This document shows positions 43,075 to 58,614 of a stretch of 64,000 nt of DNA, one piece after another (within the stretch, counting starts at the first letter, position 1; each line of letters opens with the position of its first letter). This DNA is from a virus. Its lineage: Duplodnaviria > Caudoviricetes. The position numbers and the translations under genes are program-made. A model generated the notes under the pieces. That model did not search any database, was not told the origin of the DNA, and saw nothing but the letters and a program-made list of their open reading frames with translations. Location: the IMG/VR virus record IMGVR_UViG_3300021400_000138, positions 64,001 to 128,000 of that record. The stretch is one strand, 5' to 3'.

Positions 43075-46000
43075 TTAAGCCCCTTCTTTTGATAACAGTT
43101 TTATTTGTTTCCTAAGTTTTTCGTTTTCTTCTTCGAGAGCGCGGATTCTGTGTTCATGATCTTGGACTACGGGAATGGTAAGCATTTGAAGTTCGGTGTA
43201 GTTAACAGAGTACATATCATTTTTTTCGTCATAAGAAACAAGACTCAAATTTTCGCAATTATATTTTTCCATTAATTTTTTTAATGTCTATGCTCCAATA
43301 CCTAAATGATGCCTTTTATCATTTATTCCAAGATGGTTTTTCCAAGTAAATTCTATTGGATTCAAGGACATAAATAAATCTTTATGATCAATTGAACCTT
43401 TTATATCTTTGTATCTTTCATCAGAACTATGGTTTGTGGAAATAGCATACACATATCCGTTCCATGTAGAATAAAATGAATAAGATGAACCTTGATTATT
43501 CCATTGTCTAACAATTCCAAATGCAACATCATTATCAGCTCCTGGATTTGTTTCACACATACTAATCCATCCATGACAAAGACTATAAATACTACCTACC
43601 CATCCATGTCCATATTTATTAGCTATAACGCCACCGTCCCATTTCACAGTAAATCTTTCCGATGAAATAACATTATTACTATAAATAGTATTTTTTAACC
43701 ATACCTAAATAGCATTAGCTCCAGAATCTTGTGAATAACCTTGACCGACACTTACATATCCGTTTATACCGCTGGCGTCCCTTTTCTCAGAAACTAATTC
43801 ACCCGAGCATTTAATATTTCCAGCATTCATTATTTCCCACCAACATGCAGATTTACCAACGTTATATCCATTTCCGCCCGTCATACCTTGAGCCGCATCA
43901 ATATAATAGCCAGTTCCTAATCTATTAAAACTAGTTTTATCTCTGTTATGCATTATATCTGGAAAATTTGTAACTTTCAATGATCCAACTTCTAACTAAC
44001 CTTTTATATAAGAATTCCCCGTCTATGTATTTACCCAAAACATACTTTCAAAACTATCTTCATTATAATACTGTCTAGTCATTCCCAAATTAGCCTAATC
44101 ATATGATAAATAATTATAATAATATCCATCAACACTAACACTTCTTAGCGCAATACCGCCTGGAACAATCCTTGTAGCATAAGTCATTTTATCTTTTGAG
44201 TCATGTCTTAATGAAATATTCCCAGGTGTCCAACCATCTACTACACATTGGAAATAAAATCTATTATCATCTGTTCCGATAGCCAAAGAATTGGGTGCCT
44301 TTTCTGAAGTATCTTTACTGGTTGTATCAAGAATATCTCCATTTTCATAATATAAAGAAGAATCACTAATATTTAAGCTACCAATTACTCCACCTTTTGC
44401 CGTTAATATACCTGAACTATTTACTTTAAACTTATCTGTAATACTTATTCCGTTTACACCAATATATGCTGACCCACCAGTTGCACTTCCCCAATTCTCA
44501 TTGTTTCTATATATAGCTGTATCTTTTACTGTCCAGCCACCAATTTCTGCAATTGTATCTGATGTTTGTTTTTCACGGACAACTATATTTTTAAATATAG
44601 TGGCCAATAACTAATCTTTATCAGAATCATCTACATATATATATAAACGATAATATACGGCATTACTTGGTGGATTTTTTATATAAAACTAGTCTTTAAT
44701 TGTTGCATAGCTTGCTGTTTGAGTTCCGGATAAAGAGCAAGATGATCCATTGCCTACTGTCTTAAGAAACTCATAATTTCTATCATATAAATCCATCTAG
44801 AAGTGCAAACTATATGATTTATAAGTAATATTTTCAGGGTGGTGATAACGAACATAATCAAAACTAGCCGAAAAATTCTATTGTCGATTATCGAATTTTT
44901 TAAATCGAGTTAAAAATATTCGTTGTACTATCGCTCCACTCGTTGTCGTTCTTTGTGATGTTGATAATGGTATAAGCGTTCTATATGCTTTGTCATTAGG
45001 TACGACTACACCAGTTGATTCCCAATCATCAATAGTTTGATTATATGCATCATCTTTAGTTTCATCAACTTCAACCATATTTACCCCTAATCCAACTGCT
45101 ATTTTATCAGCAGTAAGCGTCCCAGTAATATGAGCAGCATCCACCTCAAGAAAACCTTTATTTATAGAGCATCCACCTATTTCCCCGCTTGAAGCAAATA
45201 TTTCACCCCATATAATCGCGTTTGCCGCTCGTAAAGTTCCATCACTTGATACCTTAAAACCAGTTGCACCCTCTGTTGGTTCTTCTCCAACTTTACCGTC
45301 TTTGGCAATATATATGGTTAAATTTGGTTTATTAAGTAAATCCGAGTAATCACCAGATGTTGCAATCGGAGAAAAACTCGTCCAAAGACCTTTTATATTT
45401 CTAAATAGAGTTCTAGCTAAATTTTCTGATGAATTAGCATAAAATAACAATCTATAATACTTGCAATCAGACGTATAATTAGTTAAAGTTATAGTTGCAG
45501 ACATCGATTTATCGGCGCTTATACTTGGATCGATATTCATGATTACGGAATTTGTTGCCTGCAATTTTTGCTTATTTTCATTATAGTAGTATATATAAGC
45601 AGTAAGCGTATATGAATTAGGGTTCCTTAAAGTAGTTGCGATATAATCAAAACTAATTTCTATTGTATCATTTACACTAAAATGTCCTGGCTTTAAAACG
45701 GACAAATATACTCTGTTAACAGAGTTGTTGATTTCCATATAAGTATCATCAAAATAATCATATTTTGACCAATTACTATCAACTTTTGTATTTCCATAAT
45801 TAGTTTTATTTTCACCAACGTCCACAAGAGATGAAATAATATTATCTGACGTAATAACCCCTGGAAAAGTTACTCCAGGAGATACTGTTAATGACGTTGC
45901 ATTGATTGCTCCTGATACAACTGCATCATTACAATATAACTTTCCATTAGTAGTAACACCAAATTGATTAGATATAGTCATCATCCAATCTTCATTAACC

Positions 46001-49000
46001 GTTGTGTCACCAAAAGTCATAGTTGAAGTGCTGCCTTTTGGTTTAATAAATGCCGAACCATTTATTCCTGGAGTAGAGCTTTTGTAATATATCTTTTCTT
46101 CATCTATTACCCATCCGCCTAGTTCACCAGATAATGCATGTATATCACCAATAAAATACGCGTCGCCACCCTTAATACCAAAATTAGGAGTAAAAAAGTT
46201 ACCCGTTTCCAAATCTAAAAAGCTTCCTGTTATTGAGAAATTTCCCGCAGGAGTTTCTTCACCATCGTTTGCTCCTGCTTTATAATTTCGAGACATAATA
46301 GCATTAGTAGCTAACGATCTAGATAAAATCGTATCTGTTTCAATTAATCCGCCTTTAATTGTTGTTGTTTTATCTTGCGCAGTTGTTGACCAATTATCAA
46401 CAATATCTTTTGCAGTAATTATATCCGTTCCGTTATTATATATCCAATCATGATAGTCACTTTCGCCACCAGATCTTACAGTAGATGCATTGCGTGGTGG
46501 AACATATAAATAAGCATCAACAATTTTTCCTTCTGAACCTGATTCAACGAATTGTCCCAAAACTATATCTCGTTCTTCGTTCCATAACCATGTACCTCTA
46601 ATATTATTCGGCGTAGGAGTTACCGCATATTTCCATCCGTCTTTATACCAAACCATATATAATGTGCCATTATCTGCATCTTTATTGGTTAAACGGAGTA
46701 CTAAATATATGGTTTTCCAATATGGTGGTACAATATTTGGATCTATCATTGTTTTACTAACATTTATTTTTCTTGTATTCCAGTACACGTATCCATCTAC
46801 ATCTGCTGCATTTCCATCTTCGTCATATCCATGTAAATAGCATTCACCAAAGTTTTCGGCCTCAAACGAAGAATGATTTATTTTCATACCTAAGCCAATG
46901 TCAATCTTTTCATTTGCCAAAGCCGCACTATCTTGTGCATCAATTATTTCCTATTGTGCGTCCTCAGCAAGACCATGAAAAGTTACCAATCCATAAAGAT
47001 TAATGTGATCCGCAACAAGTTGGCCAACCCTATCTGTGAGAGTAAATGTAGTAGAGGTGCCAGTTCCGTTATTTCCAATGATCCATGAAAATTTATTAGC
47101 TGTTTGTTGTGCTATGCTTTTTATTGAACTACTTTTATTTCCAAGTATATCTTCCGAGATAATTCGAGTATGTTCTGAAGCGGTATCAGTAACTTCTTGA
47201 ACTCGCCTAGCAATATCCTTTACTTCAGTGCCATCTGCTTTGGTCCTTACTGTGGAACTAATATCTGAAATATTTGTTTTTATTCCATCTACATTTTGTT
47301 CCATCTCGGTAACACGATCTCTAATCTGTTTTGCAGTACTACCATCATATTCGTTTACATAATTTGTAATATCACTTTGCCATACTTTATTAGTTATTTG
47401 TTTTTCAACTTCATCAACCAGTGATATAACACCACCAATGATTGTCTCACAATATGCCTCAGAATACAGTACACTCGTGTCGCTCATGATATTCTCGAAT
47501 CGTTTCCATAGATATTCACCAGAATATAATTCTTCTGGTTCTGTATATGACCATACTCCACCAATTAATTCAGTATCCGAAGTAGAAATATAAAACTATT
47601 GCATTTGTCTAACTATATACGTACCATCTTTTCCATCTTTGCCATTTACTCCGTTTTTGCTAATCGTATATGCAACAGTTTCTTCACCGTCAGTAAAAAT
47701 AAATTTTACTCTCGTCCACAAATAAAGTCCTTCTGGAATATTCTGCGGAATTTCTGTACTCCATACTGAGTCGATAAATATATTATTCTCATCTAATAAT
47801 ACATCGTCACCATCTGTAAAAGCTCCACCAGGAATAACCGTATCAGAATCTGATAATGCGTATTCAACTATATATTCTTTGATTCCATTTCCAACAGTTC
47901 CATCATTAACAATCGGTATGGTTTGATAATCTAATATCTATTCAGCTCCGCCAGCTTCATATAACGAAATTCTCAATGCCATAATTTGATGATCTTTATC
48001 TGTAACAGGAGTTATAAATTCATGATTCGATTCATCTTCTTCTGAAATATAATTTTCTGTCCAGTTTTCATTATCCAACGTTGATTCAATTTTAAAACGG
48101 CCTTTATATAATTCCATATTTCCGCTTCCAACTTGCTTGTAAGCCTGGCTGGTTACTGTTGGTGGATTATATTGTCCATCCCATGTTCTACTGATTATTG
48201 CACTTGAAAGAAGCAATGTATAAACAGTGGTACTTTCGCCAGCCAATGTAAGCGAATAACTGAATTGTTTATTGAATGTCTTATCATCAATTGTACATGG
48301 GATAGTAAGCACACCACTTCTTGAAACCATCTCATTTGTAACATTTACTTTAAATGAAGCATCTATTGTACCATTATTAAATATTGAGGTTGTCATTCCA
48401 ACTGGACATCCAGTTATTGTACCAATTGTTACTTTTTGTTGTACAGTGCCTTTATATCCAATAACATTACAAGTAGTATTTGCTGCAATAGCTGCCGATG
48501 TATCTCCAGAAAAGGTATGAGATTCATTACTCAAAACAATAGTATAACCATCCGTTCCATCATCGCCCCTATCACCATAAACACCTATAATTACAGGTGT
48601 TGTCGTCGATGTTTCTCCGTCAGTATATTCTATTACTTCATAATTCCAAAGATATTTATTTGTATTTGTAACCGTTTGAATTGTTGTAGTCCATCCTGAG
48701 GTAGAAGTAGTTATTTCAGAATTTTCCGTGGTAGCTAAATAGTATTCTATAATTGCTGAAATTCCTTTTCCTGAATTTCCTTGTTCTCCCCATACACCAA
48801 TTACAACCTTATCAGTAGTTGCGGTTGATCCGTCCGTATATGTTACGAGTTCATAATTCCAAAGAAATCTATTCGTAGCCGTCATGGCTGGAATTGAAGA
48901 CCCGGTAGAAAACTCACTATCTTTTGGAGTACTAGTAGATGATTTATTAACAGCATAATATTCCGTAACGGAGGCAATACCAATACCATCGGATAAAACA

Positions 49001-51393
49001 GGAATTACTTGCTGATCAACCAGTGTAGTCATCCCTCCAGCAAGATACAAACTACATTTAACAGATTTTATACCGTTTGGTATTGTAAATGTATAAGATG
49101 ATTCATTACTTTTAGAAGAATAACCACTTGTCCACGTAGAATTGTCGGAAGACACATCAATTTTAAATCTTCCAGAATAGTCAGATAATTGCCCGTCGCC
49201 CCGTTGACTTTTTGCATGAAGAAGAATGGTTGCGGGATTATATTGTCCATTATCTTGTAAAACTATAGCAGCGTGTGAAATCGTTAAGGAATAACTAGTA
49301 GCAGCATCTCCTTTATCACCCTTGATCGCCAAAGAATAACTAAATTGCTTATTAATCGTACGTCCATCTATAGTTACCGGAATATTTAAAACACCATTAC
49401 GAGTATTCATAGATGTTGTAACTGTAACCGTAAATAATGCAGAGGTACTATTATTATTTGAAATAGCAACAGTCATGCCTGTTGGACATCCAGTAATTTC
49501 TCCAATTGTAACATCCTATTGTATAGCTCCTTTATAACCAATAACATTACAAGTTGTACTTCCGCTAACAGCCGCAGATGTTCCACCAGAAAAAGTATGA
49601 GATTCATTGCTAAGAATTACAGTATATGCATCTTCTCCTTGTTCTCCATATGTTCCTATAATTACTGGTGTAGTAGTATCTGCATCACCAGTTGTATAAT
49701 TAATTATCTCATAGTTCCATAAATACTTTTTTTCCGGTGTTATTGTTTGTATCGTAGTTGTCCATCCACTTGTAGCCGTTGTAACATCAGAGCTTTCAGA
49801 CGTAGCAAGATAACACTCTGTAATAGATTCAATTCCTCGTCCTTCACTTCCATCTGCTCCAAATACGCCTATAACCACTTTATCTGTTCTGTCTATATGT
49901 CCATCAGTATATGTAACTTCTTCATAATTCCACAGATATTTATTGGTTTCACTCATAGTTGGAATTGTTGTATCAAAACTCGCATCGGTTGGTGCAGCAG
50001 AAGAGGAGTTGTTAACCGCATAATATTCTATTACGGAAGAAATACCTATACCATCTGTAATTATCGGTACAGTTTGTTGATCAAGAAGAGTAGATGTTCC
50101 TTCAGCCATATATAAACTAACACGTATAGATTTTATTCCCTTTGATATTTTAAACGTCGTATTTGATTCATTAGAAGTTGAAACATACTTTTCTGCCCAT
50201 GAAGAATTATCCTACGTTGTTTCAATCTTAAATCTCCCATTATAATCCTGTAATGTATTATTGCCTTGTTGATATTTAGCAGATATAATAATACTACCTG
50301 GATTAAAATTTCCCACAGAATCAAGTACTACAGCAGCATGAGATATTTGCATAGAATAAGATATTGCAGAATCGCCATGAACACCAATAATAATTGGTTC
50401 TGTTGAATCATATTCTCCAGTAGAATATTTAATTGTTTCATAATTCCACAAATATTTTAATGTTTCAGATATTGGCTGCGGGATTTCTGTCCATCCCGTT
50501 GTGTCTATTGTTATTCCTGTTGATTGCGTTGATGCAAGATAATAATTTTTTATACTTTCAATAGATCTTCCATCTTCACTATACATTCCTATGATATGTT
50601 TCTCTGTTGCCACAATTGATCCATCAGAATAATCTACTATTTCATAATTCCATAAACACCTATTTTGATTATCTAATTCTGGAATAGTAGTTGTGAACAT
50701 TTTATCTTCTGGCATAATAGAAATAGAAGTAGAAACAGCATACATTTCTGTAATATTATTAATACCATTACCAGGAGCGCCGTTAAATGAAAGAGAATAT
50801 GTGAATAATTTTTCGAATGTAAGATCTCCAACAGTTATTGGAATGGTTAGCGTACCATTTTTTGTAATCATTTCTTGTGTTACGCTTACCATAAATTTTG
50901 AATTTAATGTTCCATTATTTTGAATCATTACGGTCATTCCCGCTGGCATGCCAGTAATTTCTCCAATAGTTGCCGGAACTTTGTTTCCCCCTTGATACGC
51001 ATAAACATTACATACCGTTGAACTTTCAATTGCTGAAAGATAAGAAGCTGGGAATGTATGATTTTCATTTGATAAAATGATAGTAAACGGATTTTCTCCA
51101 TTTCTTGAAACATTATATGAAACTGTTGATGTCCCATCCGTATAATATGTTGTTGTTCTTATCCATAACCATTCGCCAGCAGATGTTGTCGGAATTTCTG
51201 TAGACCATATTCCAGAATATAATGGATTACCCTCTGTATCTAATAATACGTTTCCTTCATCATCGGTTATAAAAGTTCCTGGTATAATTGTCCCAGAATT
51301 AGAAACCGCATATTCTACTACGGTTCTTAATATACCAACACCAGATTCACCATCATTAACATTTAATAAATCTATCCAACTTACAGAAAGCAT
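43075..51393 (-). CDS. giant tail fibre/host-recognition protein with a C-terminal peptidase S74 chaperone (~2,772 aa with TAG=Gln)
   Basis: GGAGGTG RBS. Nine track fragments share one frame, separated by TAG (>=14). Internal tandem repeats. SSDERYK...GIGA*T...VNYTEL plus coiled coil at the C-terminus. Confidence 0.85.
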
Positions 51394-51423
51394 GATATTC
51401 ACCTCCTCTCAAAATGATGTATC

Positions 51424-53934
51424 TCATTCTTCACTCACCTCACAAATAAATAACATACGACCATTAATAATACTTGGATCTACATATATTACCCGTTGTG
51501 TTTTATACGGGGCAGACGTATCTAATAAATCACCATTTGAATTTCTTCTATAGTATCTATAAACTAAAGAATCTGTTTCTGTGGCATTTCCCCAAGATGA
51601 TCCAGAATACTTTTTTAATACACATGTTTTATTCGTTCTATCTAAGTGATAATAAAAATCTCCAGAAACTGGATTAACTGGTGGAGTTTCGCTAAATATT
51701 GTAGATTTAATTGGATCAACTTCTTCATTATTTCTATATATTCTACAATATATTGCCCCACAACCACTATTATTTTTGAATTCCGGAACAGAACAAAATG
51801 TATAACTTACATATGGATCCGCGAGATCGTCAACTGTAAAATATGCTTCATAAGTAGTACCATTATATATCGCACTTGCTTTAAAGAACGCTAAATCATC
51901 GACCATATCTGCCGTAACAACTAAAGATGTTTCTGTAGCTTCAGGGATATCAGTATAATTACCACTAGAAAATTTTGACCACTGTACTGATGATGGAGTA
52001 ACAGTACTTGCACCAGATACCATTCGAATTTTTAGTGTTGTCGTTCCACTTGAATTTCTTATTATTCCACCGTCTTCTGAATATATTTGAAGAATACAAG
52101 AACTGGTACCATCAACAGCTTTATTATTTTTTGTCCATGTATATTTTTGTTCAACAGTTTGATATTGTCCATTATATTCACCACGTAATGCTATTGTTAT
52201 CTGACCAGACATTAAGGAAGCATTACCAAAATTTGCTCCATTTGCTACTTTAAGAATCAATGTTCCATCTGCACTAGTCGTTCCAGCAGTATTTGTGCTT
52301 ACTGTTACTCCACCAGGGAGTGCTCCCGAACTAACCGTAGCAGTAACTGGAATTCTGGTTATTCCAGAATAAGCATAAAATGGAATAGTTAAATATTTTT
52401 CAGTTGCAGAAAGACCATTACTTGTACACGGAATGACATCTTGATAATTACCAAGACCCATAGAAATACCTGGGGTTCCATCGTCTCCATCTTGGCCTGA
52501 TTTCCCATCTCTACTAATTACGATAGTTTGTTCATCTAGCACAATTGATGAACTGCTTGCAGCATATAATGTACATTTGATATTTTTAATAGAATTCGAA
52601 GTCGGAGTGTATGTTGTACTATGTTCATTTACGGTAGAAGAGTAAGCAGTAGTATAGTTTTCTCCATCCGTTGATACAGAAATAATATATTTTCCTTCAT
52701 AATTAGATTTAACTAATTCTTCTCCTGTTTTACTAAAAGCGGAAAATGTAACAGATGTCGGATTGAATACACCAGATTCATTTAAATTCATTACATATGT
52801 ACTTGCTTCCAAGTTATATATTACAGCATCTTTACCATCAACACCAGCTTTTACTTTTGTTACAGTAAATCGTTTTGAAATTGTATCAAAACCTTTTTTA
52901 CATATAAAATCTACATAACCAACGTCACTCGTTAACGAACTTACAGTATAAGTAAGCGGAGTACTTCCGTCAGCATGAAAATCAACATAACCGCCAGACA
53001 TACCATCACTTTCTGTATATGTTATCGCCCAATCTCCATCAAATGTGACGTCAGTACCACCGTCATAAATGTGAATTTCTGTTGAAGCACTTGCATATGA
53101 CAATACTCTGCCATTTCCATCTGCTGGAACATAAGTACTTTCATTTGTTAAACTACATACAATATTGGAATCACCAGCCGCACCATCATATACTTTCACT
53201 ATTTGATGGATATCATAAACAGAAGAATCAGTAGTAGTTAATTTAATTGTTGCTACACGATCATTCCAGATATTTGTTTCTGTAGCGTAAACATTAAGCG
53301 TTCCCGAAGAATTTGATGAATTATTACCTTCTGTCACTGGGAAGGCAACAAAATTTCCATTTGAATTTTTATACTGCCATTGACTAACACTTACATTTGC
53401 TATATCAGCAGTTAATATTATCCTATTTGGTCCGACTATATTTCTTTCAGAATTATATAAAAAGGTTGTCTCGCCAGTAATATATGCATATTTAACTTCT
53501 GACGCCATTGACAAAAGAGTAAAACTTAATACTGCTTCAGTAGAAATCGGCACTCCCGTTTCTGGATCTGTGTATGTTGCACTGCATATATAAGTCAATT
53601 GCTTACTTGGAATTCCGGCCAATTTATTAGCCGAAACTGTTAATATATTTCCAGATACTGATTCGCCAGTTTCCAATTGTGAACTTTCTCCTGATCCTTC
53701 CTTTCTTTTAAATACAACATTCAATCCAATTGCATTAAGCGCAACGTTCGTACCATTATAAGTAATTACTGGTGTTATTACTAAATTATCCGTTGCCCAG
53801 TTTGGCGTATATGTTGAAGTATTTGGATCATATACAACGCTCGTGGGCTAAGTACTAGTTAAATACAATCCTAACTATCCAACATCTGTATAGTCAATTA
53901 CTGAGACACTAGAAAAACTTTGAATTTTAGACAA
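51424..53934 (-). CDS. tail protein with Ig-like beta repeats (836 aa with TAG=Gln)
   Basis: GGAGGTG RBS and TTG 53934. Two TAGs near the N-terminus, then the 766-aa open fragment. S/T/G-rich, and shares repeat types with the next gene. Confidence 0.8.
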
Positions 53935-53950
53935 TTAATCCACCTCCATT

Positions 53951-56900
53951 TTACGTTGTAGCTATAGTTTCTCCATCTACCTCAAATTTACACCGGAAAT
54001 TTGCATTAATGTGTACATCATCTCCGGTTATAATAATTGTTTTAGTTCCAGATGCATGTCGAATATTCCACTAAGTATCACCATCTGCATCTTTTGATTG
54101 CCGTGTCCATGTGAAATACTCAGCGTCCCATTCATCTGTTACATCTATGTTATTTTTAAATAGTTTTGCAGTTAATGTAATATTGTTTCCCCGTAAGTTT
54201 GTTCCGTTTGGTGTTTCAATAAACAGATCATACGTTGAGATATCATCAAGATCAGATCGTAGATTTTTAATATAATTATTTGTACTATCTTTAAATTCTG
54301 TATATTCCACACCAAATTTTCCATTACCTGTATATATTTGTTCTATAGATACAGTATCACCTTGTTTCATGACATTAAAAGCCAGTCGATCTTCCGATAT
54401 TGTTCCTTGTGAAATCATATTATTTATTATTAATCCATCAGCAATTGCATCAGAAGTTATTCCACTTGGATCAATAATTGTTGCCCCCTATTCATTTCTA
54501 AGGATAAGAGACGGCTAGTTATTTGTTGCATATCCTAATTGTACTCCCACGTAATCATTTCCCTAGCTATCCTTACCCATTATCTATAAAGCAGATCCGT
54601 TCATAATGAGCTAACCGTTTTCTGAAAGAATACGCATATTATCACTAATCGTAATATCCGAGGCAGCAAGATCGGATACTGTTATTTTACCAGCCACGGC
54701 TTCTTTAATGTATGCATCATTAATTACAGTTGTAGCAGAAGTAGAAGTGAATGTTTGCAAGCTTTTAAAGAATGCGGATTCCGATGTAATTAATTCGGAA
54801 TTAACTATATCAATATTAGCCAATGATGCCTCGATTTCGTCAGCCTATACTGCATGAGCAACAACAAGATTTGATTCTAGATAATCGATAAAAGCAGTAT
54901 CAGCCAAAAGACTAAAGTCATCAGCGTTATCAAGTTCTACAAGTCCAGCTACTATCTATTCACCAGTAACTTTTGTGGCTTCAATCACGCCAGAATTAAG
55001 ATGTTGTATAAAAGCAGAATTTACATCCAATCCATCAAAATCGCCTTTTTCTGCTTCGACAAGCTTAGCAATAACATTGTCCGTGGTGATTGTGCCTTCC
55101 GCAATGGTTGTAATTGTATCTGTCCCTATCCGAAGAACCTCCGCCACATCAATTTGATCCGCCCGTATATTCGCTGTAGAAATTGTATCTTCGGTAATTT
55201 TAGTAATCCCTTCTTCGCCGACCGTAATAACTTTTGCTGCAAGGTTATCAATAATACCTTCTTCCGCATTAACCAATTGTGACACAATAACTTTAGCACC
55301 CAAGTATTCGGTAAACATTTCTTCAAAATCTGCACGTTCACCTTTTATATTTTTAACGTGAATTACGCCAGGTTCAAGCTATGTTATTCCGAGATAATCA
55401 GCTATCATACTATTAATTGTTATTGGATCAACTGGGCCAGTAATACCTCCGGCAATTCCACCAACCGCCTAAGTAAATATAGAATTTTTTGTTAGAACAT
55501 TTAATAGAGAAGAAACATATTCCTGGTCACTTTTAGAATTACCAATTCCTATTGAAATAGAATTCTTAGATCCCCGATTGTTTTCTGTGTTTAATAACTA
55601 TGTTAAATCAGATCTACCAGAACTATTGGTAATCATACTTGAAAATTCAATAGACAAATTCGGATCAATTTCACAAGGATTATAAGTATATCCCATGATT
55701 CTTAATTTTACAGAATAATCATCTCTGATACCAACTCTTATAAAACTTAATAAATCAAAATCATCATGCCATGCTTTGAATTCTGGAATACGCAGAAGAT
55801 TATCAAGATCAACCGTGAAATTATACTATGGCTGACTTACTTCAGATAATTTATCTTTTGCGTCATCAAATAACTCTTTTTCTCTATCTATCGTAGTATA
55901 AGCCGTATCAATAGATGTAGTAAGAATATTTGAATTTGTATAATCTGTATCATGATATAAATTTGTAATTAAGTTTATTTCATTTTCAGTAAAAAATACT
56001 ATTCTTGTTTTTGCTGTTCCTATGGCTGATTTCTAACAGCCAAGTTTCATTAGTTCAACCCAGTTTAATCTCTCTTGATTTTTTACATTATATTGTTGCT
56101 GTAATGCATTTAATTCATCTTGAAGCTGTTTTAATTTATATTTTATTGTACCTGGTGTAGTATTATTTCCAATTGCATTTTCATAATGAACATACATATT
56201 ATGTCCAGCCTGATTATAATTATCTTCATTTGCATATTTTACTTTTCCGTATTCCTCTTCAGCTAATTCACTCCATGGTTTTTTAAAATCACTTAGAGAT
56301 ATAAGCTTGTCTTCATATTCTTCCAACTTGCCCTATAACTCTATCAAGCCATAAAGTTCCCAGTTTTCTGTTGCATCATTTTCTGGTTTCCTTTTTTCTC
56401 TATTTGGTTTATTAAGATTATCAAGAGCAAGTTCAATGTATGGAATAATATAATTTATAATTTCAATATAAGTATAATATCCGCCATACTAATCAATTAC
56501 AGCATAATATTTATTAAGATACCAATCATGATCTACTTGTCCATTTTTCTTCACTGGATTATACTATTGGGCTTCTGTTCCATAATTAATATATTTTTCA
56601 CTATTACTGCGGTCATCTATTGCAATTTGTAATGACTCTAAAAGAGATCTATAATAACCTAAGTTCTCATTCAATCCCTCTTCATTCATATTAGACCAGT
56701 TTTTCCAATATGATTCATCCGACGGAGTCTTATATTTCTTATCAATTATTTTTTCATTTAGCGACGTAACCTCTTTAGATAAATTCGCATAAGTTTCACG
56801 ATTAGCATCTCTAAAAGCATAATAATCTCGAATCTTCTATGCCAAGGATTCTTCCATATATGGTTCACCAAGGAAGTAGGAGAGATCATCATATCTTTCA

Positions 56901-57703
56901 TCATCATAGTTCCAATCACGAATAGTTAAATCGTTATCTCCACGTATACGAAATCTCGTAAAAATAGAATCTTCATTTACAGATATATTTACACTTTTTG
57001 CAAGATTTCTAAATCCAATAAATATACCAGTATCTATATCTAACGCATTTCTGGAATGAGCATTAATTTTACAATGTAGAAAATCAAATGTGAATAAGAT
57101 GCCAAGTCTTGGCCCAACTTCTGTAGTTAAAATTGCATACAAGTTTGAATTCTCTAAAGAAATATTCGGCACTTTCAATATTTCCATAATTCTATCAAAT
57201 TCACCTATGCTCCAGAAGGACATTTTACTAAGAATAATATCCAGGAGAGATAACTCTTTATTTGCATTAACTACTGTGACATAATTTTTAGCAAATCCAA
57301 GTTCGTTAACATTATTAGATGCCAAATATTCTAATGAATCGCTTTCTCCTGTATTTACCTTAAATCCAAGCCAATCCTTATCTTCAAATTCCTTCTCTGC
57401 GGAATAAGCCGTTACTGTTTTGTACTCCTCGTTACCATCGTATTGTTGAGTAGGAGCCTATATTTGAAAATAACCTATTTCATCAATAAACAAATACATA
57501 TAGGCTTTAAGATCTTCATAACCAGCAGATACAACTTGCTAACCATCGACAACAATAAAACGATCTACGTCAAACGATAATTCTGAATAATCCTTTACTT
57601 GTTTATGCAGCTCAACTGTTTCTGTACGAACACCATTTAATGCATACAAAACTTGCCTATCTGGGGTGCATAAATAAATAATCTTTACATCTTGAATCAT
57701 CAT
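53951..57703 (-). CDS. Tal-like tail tip/baseplate hub protein (~1,250 aa with TAG=Gln)
   Basis: ATG overlaps the Dit stop. Five track fragments share one frame and each ends in TAG. Ends at TAA 53951. Position directly after Dit. Confidence 0.75.
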
Positions 57704-58560
57704 ATCAACCAACCACCAACCTTTTTATATGGGGCATAATATGAGATTTCTAATGCAACATCTCCTTCGAGAACTAATGTATTATTCCCCGGTAATAATC
57801 TAAGCCAATAAATATCACCGACATCTCCCCATCCAAGATCTTTATATTTTACTATATCCAAATCAACCTAATGATTAATTCCTTGCATATATTCCCTAAC
57901 CATACATCTCTGACAATCAATTACAAAAGTAACAAGAGATCTACTGGTAGTTACTTGCATAAATTTATTATCATCGGTTACATTTGTTAATTTAAATGAT
58001 GATGTTGAGCTGCGAATTTTTCCCGTTACTTTAAACTCCGGATAAACATATTCCTCATACTCATTTGTTTTACAATTAATTACAAAACGCGTAGTAGAAG
58101 AGTAACCACTTGCATCTACATTGCTATAATTGTATTTCTCATATACATATGCATATGATCCATTCACTTGAAAAGTAAATGTACACAATATAAAACCGTT
58201 TACTCCAACAGTCCATTCCGTTGTTATAAACTTTCCAAAATATGAATAAGAATCCCCAGTACAATCAGTTATTTTTAATTCGGATGAAAATCGTGGTGAT
58301 GTTAGCCACGATTCAACTATAACCTGTTCCTATACAGTAAAATCAGTATCATCAGATTTCATTAAACTATATGTGAACTGTAAATGCTCTTTCTAAACTC
58401 CATATTCATTGATTATTGGCTTCGATGCCGTAATCTCTCCGCCTAGATTCGTTCTTGTAATACCTGGAACCGTATCAACAACAGTTCCGGAAACAATTAA
58501 TAATGGAACACCAATAATATTTTCTGTTGACTTATCATAATATTCAAATTTTGCCGTCAT
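57700..58560 (-). CDS. distal tail protein (Dit)-like (286 aa with TAG=Gln)
   Basis: AAGGAGG RBS. TAGs at 58393, 58330 and 57868. ESWLTSP, YVYPEFKV and WLRLLPGNNTL motifs. Follows the tape measure gene. Confidence 0.8.
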
Positions 58561-58591
58561 ATTATCCCTCCTTTCTATAATTTTTAAAATA

Positions 58592-58609
58592 GGGAGGCCG
58601 AAGCCTCCC
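58592..58609 (-). terminator. UUCG-capped hairpin after the tape measure gene
   Basis: GGGAGGC-TTCG-GCCTCCC then TATTTT on the - strand. Confidence 0.75.
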
Positions 58610-58614
58610 CATAA

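Noticed and set aside
47500-51393. Diversity-generating retroelement or CRISPR array in the repeated tail region
   Set aside because: Repeats are diverged protein-level domain repeats. No reverse transcriptase, adenine-specific TR/VR pair or repeat-spacer periodicity was seen.
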